Of a DNA stretch of 33,622 nt, positions 17,632 to 25,573 are shown one piece after another (positions within the stretch are counted from its first letter, which is position 1; every line of letters starts with the position of its first letter). Both the position numbers and the translations under genes were made by a program. This stretch comes from a virus (lineage: Duplodnaviria; Caudoviricetes). The notes under the pieces are model-generated. The model saw nothing but the letters and a program-made list of their open reading frames with translations, ran no database searches and was not told where the DNA came from. The stretch is from the IMG/VR virus record IMGVR_UViG_3300020151_000966, positions 1-33,622 of that record. The stretch is one strand, 5' to 3'.

Positions 17632-18780
17632 ATGAAACGCAAACACGATACTAGAGACGTTCCACCAGACGCAAAAAAGCGCGTGAGCAAAGGCGTTGGC
17701 CAGGCGATGTTAACCGTTTTTGGGAAGGATGTTTGGTGCGACTTGACCTCTACTGGGCGGGCTAAGGTTGTCAGGCCTGAGTGGTATGCCAGCCTCCGCA
17801 TGGCGGACGGCAGCACCAAGCTGGTCAAATTGTGCCGGGACAAGATGGCAGCTGAGATGCTGCTAAACAAGCTGCGCACGGAGCAAGAGCGCATTTCTGT
17901 CGGGATTTCCAGCGCTACGACTGTTACTACCGAAAAATTTTCTGCTCTAACTGCAAGATACTGGGCGCTCAAAGCAAGGGCATGTACGGATGTATACCTG
18001 CGTGAGGCGCAGGCACGACTGGCCGGGGCGCTGGCGCAACTGAAAATCGATTCCCTAGCCGGGGTGAAGAAATTGACTGCCGTGCAAATTGAGAAATGGC
18101 TTGATGGTCTGCCGCTAAGTAATGGCAGCAAGATTCAAAAAGTCATCCAGCTCAAAGGTTTCATGAAATGGCTGGTGGCTGGCAACCTGATACGCAAGGT
18201 TCCAGAGTTTCCAAAAATATTAGATGTCGCCAAATATGTGCGGCGGCCACTTACTAGGTCAGAAGTAGATTTGCTTCAGGCCAATTCACCATGGCCGCGC
18301 GGTTTGTTTTACGCTCTGGCGTTTGCGACATTAGCCAGGCGTGGTGCGCTATTAAGTTTGACTAAATCGGATGTGCATTTGGGCGAAGATGATTCGTCTA
18401 TTCTACTCAGAGCGCAACATGCCAAAACCAAAATAACTCAGCAAGTGCCAGTGCCTAAACGGCTGGTGGAACCTTTGCGCCAGTTGATTGATGAATGCCC
18501 TGCCAATGTGCCACTATTCCACAGCATAAGCGGGCTAAATATCCACCACATGTTTAGGCGTGACCTCAAGACCTCTGGCATAGAGCATGAAACAGAGCGA
18601 GGAATTGCCGTGGTTCACAGTCTGCGCCATGGTGGCACTACAGAACTGCTTGAAAAAGGCGTTTCAGTTTTACTAGTCCAGCGCATGGGCGGTTGGAAAA
18701 CTCTGCGAGTACTTTCTAAGCACTATGCGCACCTAAGCCCTATCAGGAGTCGCAGTGAAATCGACAAAGTATTTGGGTAG
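17632..18780 (+). CDS. int: Tyrosine recombinase / integrase
   Basis: TLARRGAL (Arg), AKTK (Lys), HSLRH, MGGW, HYAH (Tyr). Confidence 0.92.
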   Translation: MKRKHDTRDVPPDAKKRVSKGVGQAMLTVFGKDVWCDLTSTGRAKVVRPEWYASLRMADGSTKLVKLCRDKMAAEMLLNKLRTEQERISVGISSATTVTTEKFSALTARYWALKARACTDVYLREAQARLAGALAQLKIDSLAGVKKLTAVQIEKWLDGLPLSNGSKIQKVIQLKGFMKWLVAGNLIRKVPEFPKILDVAKYVRRPLTRSEVDLLQANSPWPRGLFYALAFATLARRGALLSLTKSDVHLGEDDSSILLRAQHAKTKITQQVPVPKRLVEPLRQLIDECPANVPLFHSISGLNIHHMFRRDLKTSGIEHETERGIAVVHSLRHGGTTELLEKGVSVLLVQRMGGWKTLRVLSKHYAHLSPIRSRSEIDKVFG

Positions 18781-18908
18781 GCAAGCCGATGACAAGGAAA
18801 GGTTTACGTCATTTTAAACTTGGCAAGTTGATTTATGGTTTTTGTGCAGTACCATAACCAAGTCAAAACCAGCCAGTGTTTGTTTTTATTTGTTATGGAG
18901 GGACAGTA

Positions 18909-19118
18909 TTGACTAACGCCGATTTGCCTCGGCTGTATTCCGCTGATGACATCTGCCAGGTAACTGGCATTTCTCGGCGAACTCTTTCGAGGCTGATTTC
19001 GGCTGGTGAATTTCCAGAGGGCACTAAGCTGGGAGCCAAAAGAATTTGGCACCCGGAAGACCTAGAAGCTCACTGGAAAAGATCCAGCCAAGGCAAGCGG
19101 TCAAAGCCAGGGCGATAA
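18909..19118 (+). CDS. AlpA/excisionase-like HTH protein
   Basis: DDICQVTGISRRTLSRLISAGEFP...KLG..RIW; TTG start after GGAGGG. Confidence 0.85.
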   Translation: MTNADLPRLYSADDICQVTGISRRTLSRLISAGEFPEGTKLGAKRIWHPEDLEAHWKRSSQGKRSKPGR

Positions 19119-19153
19119 AAAAACTGGCAAGAGAAGTGAGATTCTCTTGCCAG
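19117..19153 (-). terminator. Intrinsic terminator on the minus strand
   Basis: Perfect 12-bp stem CTGGCAAGAGAA/TTCTCTTGCCAG, 6-nt loop, followed by T7 on the minus strand. Confidence 0.8.
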
Positions 19154-19196
19154 CTCGCCAAGGCCGAGGCCTCAACTTGCGCACCGATCAGGTGGC
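19117..19196 (-). ncRNA. Candidate ~80-nt antisense small RNA
   Basis: Bounded by a near-consensus promoter and a terminator; no substantial ORF inside. Confidence 0.6.
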
Positions 19197-19202
19197 ATTC
19201 TC

Positions 19203-19232
19203 ATTGTATATGCGATTGCGCCACACCGTCAA
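19203..19232 (-). promoter_or_regulatory. sigma70-type promoter, minus strand
   Basis: TTGACG-18 nt-TACAAT, each box 5/6 to consensus. Confidence 0.65.
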
Positions 19233-19324
19233 TTTTAGCTGCGCCAAATCATCTAGCAGCCTAAGCCTACCAGCCACAAAAGCTAAAAAGACCTCATTTC
19301 CTCGAGGTTTCTGGTGGTGTAACT

Positions 19325-19552
19325 ATGTCTATATGTTCTGATATTTTTCTTGAAATAGATGGCGAATCAGTTTCCGAGCGCCGCGTCCGCTACTGGAAGT
19401 GGCAGCGTATGCTCGGCAAAAAAACCTACGCCGCCTCACTTAAAAGCGAACGCGTAACCCTGACACAGCGCCAGATGAGCGCAGCGATACGCAGACTAAT
19501 CAGCCAGGTTGAAACGCTCAGCCAGCGAATCGACCAGCTAGAGGGGCGCTAA
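19325..19552 (+). CDS. Hypothetical protein with C-terminal coiled coil
   Basis: 75-aa ORF abutting the next gene. Confidence 0.5.
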   Translation: MSICSDIFLEIDGESVSERRVRYWKWQRMLGKKTYAASLKSERVTLTQRQMSAAIRRLISQVETLSQRIDQLEGR

Positions 19553-19554
19553 CC

Positions 19555-19692
19555 ATGAGCAGAATCGTCACCGGCATTCTGCTGATTCTGCTGGCCGCAT
19601 CCACTGGATGCTCAGCCATGCGCTACGAAGTTCAGGTCAGCTATTCACCCGCAACGGATTGCGACATTACGGCGCGGCTTTACCGCAACTAA
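19555..19692 (+). CDS. 45-aa predicted lipoprotein (not in ORF track)
   Basis: MSRIVTGILLILLAASTG-C lipobox-like signal; GAGGGG upstream. Confidence 0.6.
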   Translation: MSRIVTGILLILLAASTGCSAMRYEVQVSYSPATDCDITARLYRN

Positions 19693-19706
19693 CAGGAGGT
19701 TAGATC

Positions 19707-19970
19707 ATGCTCTGCATCACAGTGACTACAGGCGAGCCATTCAAAATCATGCATAGAGGAGTGGAAATTTGGGTGAACATCGAGAAGTCATCACCGACGA
19801 AGAGCAAGGTGCGGATAGTGGCACCACCAGCAGTGACAGTCCAGCGAAAAAAGTTCAGGTCAACTCCTGCTGGCGCTGCGGGGCAATCCTATCTGGAGCC
19901 TATGGCTACGGTGCCGACATCTGCGGCGCATGTTACCGAGCCGAAAACTCTGATGACTGAGGGCCGATAA
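19707..19970 (+). CDS. csrA: CsrA/RsmA-like RNA-binding protein, divergent
   Basis: ML.IT...GE...I...V.I.......VRIVAPPAVTVQR matches the CsrA pattern; AGGAGG RBS. Confidence 0.65.
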   Translation: MLCITVTTGEPFKIMHRGVEIWVNIEKSSPTKSKVRIVAPPAVTVQRKKFRSTPAGAAGQSYLEPMATVPTSAAHVTEPKTLMTEGR

Positions 19971-19972
19971 CC

Positions 19973-20161
19973 ATGAGCTACGAACAGTTATTGGCTGACA
20001 CTATGTGGTCTGAATGGTTTGTCGACCAGCGCATTGAGTCAGCAGTGCGCAGGCTACTGGCTGCAACTGAGCAGTGCCAGGATCAACTAGAGAACACCCG
20101 GCGTGGGGCGTTGGTATCGCAGCAGGGCACGCCACCTGCAGCACCTTCAAGGATGATTTGA
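19973..20161 (+). CDS. Hypothetical protein
   Basis: 62-aa ORF tightly packed between neighbours. Confidence 0.5.
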   Translation: MSYEQLLADTMWSEWFVDQRIESAVRRLLAATEQCQDQLENTRRGALVSQQGTPPAAPSRMI

Positions 20162-20164
20162 ACA

Positions 20165-20506
20165 GTGAAAAAATTTCTAACTATCGCTGCCGCTTTTGCA
20201 GTAGCCGCACAGGCTGATGCCGGTGTGTTTCACCGCAGGGCGACTGTCACAGTGGCAACACCTACAGCCAAGCCAGTTGCCAAGGCAGCAGGTGACACTA
20301 GCACAGCACAAGGTGTGGCCGTGCTGATTGTGTCTACTGGCCGCTTCCGGCACTTTGGTGGCTACAACGGCTACGAGGGAATCGGCATGGGTGCCACACA
20401 GGCACAGGCCGAGGCCAACTGTTGTTACCGTGGGCGCCTGCTGCCTCGTGAGCGCGGATTTGCGCAGATGGCAAACGGCCTTTGGGTCTGCGTCTGCAGG
20501 TATTGA
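20165..20506 (+). CDS. Secreted small Cys-containing protein (possibly minimal CAP-like fold)
   Basis: Signal peptide MKKFLTIAAAFAVAAQADA; H.GG..GYEGIG, CCY, W.C..RY. Confidence 0.6.
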   Translation: MKKFLTIAAAFAVAAQADAGVFHRRATVTVATPTAKPVAKAAGDTSTAQGVAVLIVSTGRFRHFGGYNGYEGIGMGATQAQAEANCCYRGRLLPRERGFAQMANGLWVCVCRY

Positions 20507-20511
20507 GAGCT

Positions 20512-20604
20512 ACACCGTCGTCTAAACGCCATCGCATGAAGCGAGATAAGAACCCGGTTTACCTGTGTTCCGGGGAATGGTGGTAGTGGCAGTCCACCCG
20601 GTGT
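20512..20604 (+). ncRNA. tRNA-shaped cloverleaf RNA element (not a canonical tRNA)
   Basis: Stems ACACCG/CGGTGT, TCGC/GCGA, CCCGG/CCGGG and GGTGG/CCACC in tRNA order, followed by a T-run. Confidence 0.5.
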
Positions 20605-20623
20605 TTTTTCTTGGGAGGTTTAC

Positions 20624-20725
20624 ATGGCTGGTCACATCGCAGCAATCCTCCTGGTGATTTCGATGGGCGTGTTTGCGTTGGTTTCTATTTTTCTGGCGTG
20701 TTTCGAGGGGAGGGGTCGGCGATGA
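20624..20725 (+). CDS. 33-aa single-transmembrane peptide (not in ORF track)
   Basis: MAGHIAAILLVISMGVFALVSIFLACFEGRGRR; GGGAGG RBS; ATGA overlap with the next gene. Confidence 0.6.
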   Translation: MAGHIAAILLVISMGVFALVSIFLACFEGRGRR

Positions 20726-21477
20726 GTACTGCGTTGGTGCCGGTTGGTGGTGAGATTCAGCCGCGTGATGTCATGCTGCGCAATCAAAACGTGGCGAATG
20801 CCTGTAGGGAAATCGTGCTCAGATGCAGCGTGATGCTGCAGGGCAAAAAATACATACAAGCCGAAGGCTGGCAAGCGCTGGCCAACTTGTCTGGATACAG
20901 TCCGCGCATCGATGAGGTGAGCGAGTTGGAAAACGGCGACTGCCGGGCGGTGTGCAGTCTGGTGCGGTTGGTCGATGGCGAGATAATCGCCAGGGCGGAA
21001 GGCTATGTGGGCACCGACGAGCGCACTTGGGCTAATCGGCCTCGGTATGCACGCCGTGCAATGGCGCAGACCAGGGCCACCAGCCGAGCTTGCCGTTCTG
21101 CTCTGGCATTCTTGGTGCCGCTGATCGATGCCAGCCTGAGCACTACGCCTGCTGAAGAAATCCCGGTCGAGGTTGCTCACACCGAGCCGGTCGAGGATAT
21201 GCCACCAGTTCGCCACCCGATGGACAGGCAGCCTGCTGACTACAACCTGATCACGCCAAAGCAGCGCGGAATGTTAAAGGCACTGACCAGAGACTTGGAC
21301 GGTGGAGATTTGGCCGAACTGGTTACTCGATTTGGCCCAAGCGACAAGCTGGACAAAAAGGGCGCATCGGCTGTCATCGAGTTTCTTAAAGGCGGTGGTC
21401 TGACTCAGCAAGTAGCGCAGCAGTCAGACGATAACTACGACCCGTTCAGCGGTGATGCGGAGCCGGCCAATGGCTGA
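20722..21477 (+). CDS. Putative single-strand annealing / recombination protein
   Basis: GKKYIQAEGW...AMAQTRATSRACR...TPAEE pattern resembling RecT/Rad52-superfamily phage proteins; acidic DPF tail. Confidence 0.5.
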   Translation: MSTALVPVGGEIQPRDVMLRNQNVANACREIVLRCSVMLQGKKYIQAEGWQALANLSGYSPRIDEVSELENGDCRAVCSLVRLVDGEIIARAEGYVGTDERTWANRPRYARRAMAQTRATSRACRSALAFLVPLIDASLSTTPAEEIPVEVAHTEPVEDMPPVRHPMDRQPADYNLITPKQRGMLKALTRDLDGGDLAELVTRFGPSDKLDKKGASAVIEFLKGGGLTQQVAQQSDDNYDPFSGDAEPANG

Positions 21478-21742
21478 TCTAAAAGCTGATCGGTCAGAAT
21501 ATTGGACCGATGAAACAAGCCCAGACATCGCTGAGTGCAGATCGTTCTATCTGCCCTCGGCGCTGCGCCTGCGAGTGTGCTCGCACTGCGGGCGTGGCGT
21601 TGTCGGGGGCAACTGGCGGCGCTGGCGGCAGGTCGCAACGCTGATAGACCAGCGGTATCTGGTCGAGATGGGCCCGTTTATTAACAGCAGGCCAGTCTGC
21701 AAAGAGTGCTGGGAAGTCTGGGTCAGCGGACAGAAAAACTAG
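21470..21742 (+). CDS. Zinc-finger hypothetical protein
   Basis: CSHC and CKEC pairs. Confidence 0.55.
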   Translation: MADLKADRSEYWTDETSPDIAECRSFYLPSALRLRVCSHCGRGVVGGNWRRWRQVATLIDQRYLVEMGPFINSRPVCKECWEVWVSGQKN

Positions 21743-21795
21743 CAAGGTTGAAACAATCTAAAAAGCGCAGACCCATTGGGGGTAAGGGGGAACTC

Positions 21796-24018
21796 ATGTC
21801 TGAGTACTTGGAATTCATTGCATCAAAGGATCGGTCGGTCACATTTAATCAGATTCTGGAAAGCTTCATGCCTTCCGAAGCTTTCGACTATCAGCAAGCC
21901 ATCATTCGTTGGGCTTTGCGGAAAGGCCGAGCATGCATCTTTGCAGGGACTGGATTGGGCAAAACGCTAATGGAGTTGGCATGGGCCGAGAATGTGCAGC
22001 GATGGTCAAAGTGGCGCGTTCTAGTTCTGGCACCGCTGGCTGTGTCAGACCAGATTGTTAGTGAAGGTGAGCGGTTCGGCATAAATGTAACCAAGATACG
22101 CGGGCCGCAGGACATTGGTGGACCAGGCATCTATGTGACCAATTACGCCAAGCTGCACATGGTCAGAAATGAGGAATGGTCAGGACTTGTTCTTGATGAG
22201 TCGAGCATTATCAAGCACCACGATGGCGCGACCAAGGCTGAGCTAATCGGATTTGCCGATGGCATTGATTACCGACTTGCCAGCACAGCAACACCAGCAC
22301 CCAACGACTGGATGGAGCTTGCCAGCCATGCCGAGTTTTTAGGTGTTTGCACCCGCGCAGAAATGCTGGCTACCTATTTTGTTCATGACGGCGGGGAAAC
22401 TCAGAAGTGGAGGCTAAAGGGGCACGCCACCACAGCGTTCTGGAAGTGGGTCTGCTCCTGGGCATGCCTGCTTCAATCGCCTGAAGATATTGGTTTTGAT
22501 GGTTCACGCCACAAGCTGCCTGAACTGCGTCAGCATTTGGCAACCATCACTAGCAACAGCGTTCTGCCTGGCGAATTGTTTGTAATAGAAGCGGCAACCC
22601 TACAGGAAAGGTTGGCTGCCAAGCGCAAGACCGTGGATAGGAGAGTGACCGAAGCCGCCAAGATTGTTTCTCAATCTGACACTGCTAGCCACTGGGTGAT
22701 CTGGTGCCACCTTAACAGTGAAAGCCAAGCATTGGCGGAAGCCATTCCCGGTTCGGTTGAATTGCGTGGCGACCAGAACGAAGAAACCAAAGAGCGTATC
22801 CTACGCGAGTTTGCGAGCGGAGAAATTCGCATCCTAATTGGCAAGCCATCTATGTGCGGCTTTGGCCTTAATTGGCAGCACTGCCACAAGATGGTTTTTG
22901 TCGGTCTAAATGATTCATGGGAACAGGTTTACCAAGCCATCCGCCGATGTTGGCGCTTTGGCCAGAAGAAGCATGTCGATGTGTGGTTTGTGGCGGCTGA
23001 CATTGAAGGGAATGTGGTTGCAAACATTGAGCGCAAAGACAAGCAGGCTAAAGAAATGGCCGACCGCATGATTGCGGAAGCATCGGTTTTTGTCACGGAT
23101 GAACTTAAAGATGGGAGGAGTATTCAGGTGGAATACAAGCGACAGGTTGAATCAGGCGAAGGATGGCAAATGAGGCTTGGCGATTGCGTCGAAGAGACAG
23201 CGGAAATGGCCAGCGATTCTATTGATTTCTCGGTGTACTCTCCACCATTTGCGAGCCTGTACACTTACAGCGCATCGCCTCGGGACATGGGTAACACCAA
23301 GACAGACGATGAGTTTTTGGAACAGTACCGATTCTTGGTGCGCAATCTGTATCGCGTCACCAAGCCGGGAAGGTTGACGGCGTTTCATTGCATGCTGCTA
23401 CCAAGCAGCAAGGCGCACCATGGCGAAATCGGCCTGCGTGATTTTCGCGGCGAGCTCATTCGCATCCATGTGGAAGAAGGCTGGATTTATCACAGCGAAG
23501 TCTGCATCTGGAAAGACCCAGTCACAGCAATGCAGAGAACCAAAGCTATTGGTCTGCTGTGGAAGCAACTAAAAAAAGACTCGACCATTAGCCGGCAAGG
23601 CATACCGGACTATCTGGTTGTCTGCCGTAAGCCAGGCGTAAACGCTAACCCTGTGAGCCACAAGCCTGAAGAGTTTCCCGTTGCTGAATGGCAGAAGTTT
23701 GCTTCGCCTGTTTGGATGGACATTAACGCATCGGACACATTGCAGCGCAGAAGCTGCCGCGAAGAAGAAGACGAGCGGCACATTTGCCCACTGCAGCTTG
23801 AGGTGATTCGCCGAGCACTGCGGATGTGGTCCAACCCTGGCGATCTTGTCCTATCACCATTTGCCGGTATTGGTTCAGAAGGATTTATTTCCCTTCAAAT
23901 GGGCAGGCGGTTTGTTGGGTGTGAGCTTAAGGAAAGCTATTGGAAACAGGCATCTTTAAATCTTAAGAACGCCAAGGCCGAAAATAAGTCTCTATTTTCG
24001 GAGGTGGAATACGCATGA
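21796..24018 (+). CDS. SNF2-like helicase fused to an N4/N6 DNA methyltransferase
   Basis: GTGLGKT, LDESS, TATPAPND, QAIRRCWRFGQ; then GDCVE, YSPPF, HICPLQL, LSPFAGIGS. Confidence 0.88.
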   Translation: MSEYLEFIASKDRSVTFNQILESFMPSEAFDYQQAIIRWALRKGRACIFAGTGLGKTLMELAWAENVQRWSKWRVLVLAPLAVSDQIVSEGERFGINVTKIRGPQDIGGPGIYVTNYAKLHMVRNEEWSGLVLDESSIIKHHDGATKAELIGFADGIDYRLASTATPAPNDWMELASHAEFLGVCTRAEMLATYFVHDGGETQKWRLKGHATTAFWKWVCSWACLLQSPEDIGFDGSRHKLPELRQHLATITSNSVLPGELFVIEAATLQERLAAKRKTVDRRVTEAAKIVSQSDTASHWVIWCHLNSESQALAEAIPGSVELRGDQNEETKERILREFASGEIRILIGKPSMCGFGLNWQHCHKMVFVGLNDSWEQVYQAIRRCWRFGQKKHVDVWFVAADIEGNVVANIERKDKQAKEMADRMIAEASVFVTDELKDGRSIQVEYKRQVESGEGWQMRLGDCVEETAEMASDSIDFSVYSPPFASLYTYSASPRDMGNTKTDDEFLEQYRFLVRNLYRVTKPGRLTAFHCMLLPSSKAHHGEIGLRDFRGELIRIHVEEGWIYHSEVCIWKDPVTAMQRTKAIGLLWKQLKKDSTISRQGIPDYLVVCRKPGVNANPVSHKPEEFPVAEWQKFASPVWMDINASDTLQRRSCREEEDERHICPLQLEVIRRALRMWSNPGDLVLSPFAGIGSEGFISLQMGRRFVGCELKESYWKQASLNLKNAKAENKSLFSEVEYA

Positions 24019-24650
24019 ACATGGAAGCTAGAGCGCACCATGAAAGGATTGAGGCCCAAAAACTTATATTGGCCCAACTTCGCCAAGGGGAAAAACTTAG
24101 GAAAACCGAATGTGAAGTTAGCGGAATCCTCGGCAAGGGCAGCAGGCTTGCGCCTACTGTCGAACAGCTACGCAATTGTTACGGCTTTATTATTTCTGGC
24201 GATGGCTCTTTTAAAAACCCGTACCGATTAGATGACATTGACCAGTTGCCCACCAAACTCAAGTTGACCAAGGAAATACAGGATGCCTATTACAAGTCAG
24301 ACCATTGGCGAAAAACAAGGGAAACAAGAAGGCAACAAGATGGCGGGTGCTGCGTAACCTGCAAGACAGATTTAAGCCTTGAATGCCATCACCTGACGTA
24401 CGAAAACCTTTTCTGCGAGGAAATGAGAGATCTTCAAACGCTTTGCTCTGAATGCCACAAGCGGACACATGCCAATGGGAAGCTAAAGTTTCCAAGCGGC
24501 ATGATTATTGAGCATGTCCGAATGCTTGGATTTCAAGACAAGCACGAAGAATGGCTGCTACCTCAATGGGCAAATGGAACCTTAAACGATCCGAATTTTA
24601 AACCAACACAGCAATGCCTGCCATTTTTCGGTGCTAGCCATGGCTACTGA
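24015..24650 (+). CDS. HNH endonuclease with N-terminal extension
   Basis: Y.KS.HW, CVTC, CHHLTYE, DLQTLCSECH. Confidence 0.8.
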   Translation: MNMEARAHHERIEAQKLILAQLRQGEKLRKTECEVSGILGKGSRLAPTVEQLRNCYGFIISGDGSFKNPYRLDDIDQLPTKLKLTKEIQDAYYKSDHWRKTRETRRQQDGGCCVTCKTDLSLECHHLTYENLFCEEMRDLQTLCSECHKRTHANGKLKFPSGMIIEHVRMLGFQDKHEEWLLPQWANGTLNDPNFKPTQQCLPFFGASHGY

Positions 24651-25563
24651 AACAACAACATTGGCCAGGATAAGCCAGGCGAAGCTTGCATTGGTATCCG
24701 CCAAGAACCTTGATGACGTTTTGCGCATTAGGGATCAGGCCGAGGCGTTGCGTATTTACATCAAGGCGGCATCAGACAGCCTTGAAGCTGCTAATTCAGC
24801 AGCAGAAATAAAGCTCCGGGCTGAAAGGCGGGCCGGGGAATTGCTGGCTGGGATGGATGATGCCAACGGATTAAATCAGTACAGTCCCAAGGATCCTGAC
24901 ATGATGTCAGCACCCACACTTCAATCACTTGGTGTTTCTTTTAAGCAGTCATCCCGTTGGCAGAAAGAAGCCAAGGTTGATGAGGATGTGTTCGAGGGAT
25001 ACATCCGAGAATGCAACGATGAGCAGCGCGAGGTTACCCAGGCTGGATTGCTGAAGCTTGCGGAACCTTGCCATGTTTCACACAACAGCGTGGAAAACGA
25101 ATGGTACACGCCATCTAAATTTATTGAGGCAGCACGCACGGTTATGGGTTCCATTGACTTGGACCCGGCAAGCTGTGAACTGGCGCAGCAAACGGTTCAG
25201 GCTGGCCAGTACTTCACGATAGATGACAACGGGCTTAACAAAGAATGGCATGGGAATGTATGGCTCAACCCGCCGTACTCCAAGGAGTCTGTCGGATTGT
25301 TTGCGGCCAAGCTGGTCGAGGAAACAGCCAACCTATCCCAAGCAATTGTTCTGGTGAACAACGCAACCGATACGCAGTGGTTCCATGAAATAGCTTTAGT
25401 GGCCACAGCTATCTGCTTTGTTCGAGGCCGCATTAAGTTCAACGACAGAAACGGCAAGCCGGCCAACACACCAGTGCAGGGGCAGGTCTGCGTTTATGTG
25501 GGCGGGAATGCTGAGAAGTTTTGCCTGGTCTTTTCCAGCTTTGGAATTGTGGCAAGGTTTTGA
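24640..25563 (+). CDS. Phage N6-adenine DNA methyltransferase (Dam-like)
   Basis: NEWYTP, DLDPAS, WLNPPYS, TDTQWF, RGRIKF. Confidence 0.88.
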   Translation: MATETTTLARISQAKLALVSAKNLDDVLRIRDQAEALRIYIKAASDSLEAANSAAEIKLRAERRAGELLAGMDDANGLNQYSPKDPDMMSAPTLQSLGVSFKQSSRWQKEAKVDEDVFEGYIRECNDEQREVTQAGLLKLAEPCHVSHNSVENEWYTPSKFIEAARTVMGSIDLDPASCELAQQTVQAGQYFTIDDNGLNKEWHGNVWLNPPYSKESVGLFAAKLVEETANLSQAIVLVNNATDTQWFHEIALVATAICFVRGRIKFNDRNGKPANTPVQGQVCVYVGGNAEKFCLVFSSFGIVARF

Positions 25564-25573
25564 GGAAAAACCC

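Noticed and set aside
20512-20604. Functional tRNA gene
   Set aside because: Loop sizes are wrong and the TTCG, D-loop GG and CCA hallmarks are absent; kept only as a tRNA-shaped element
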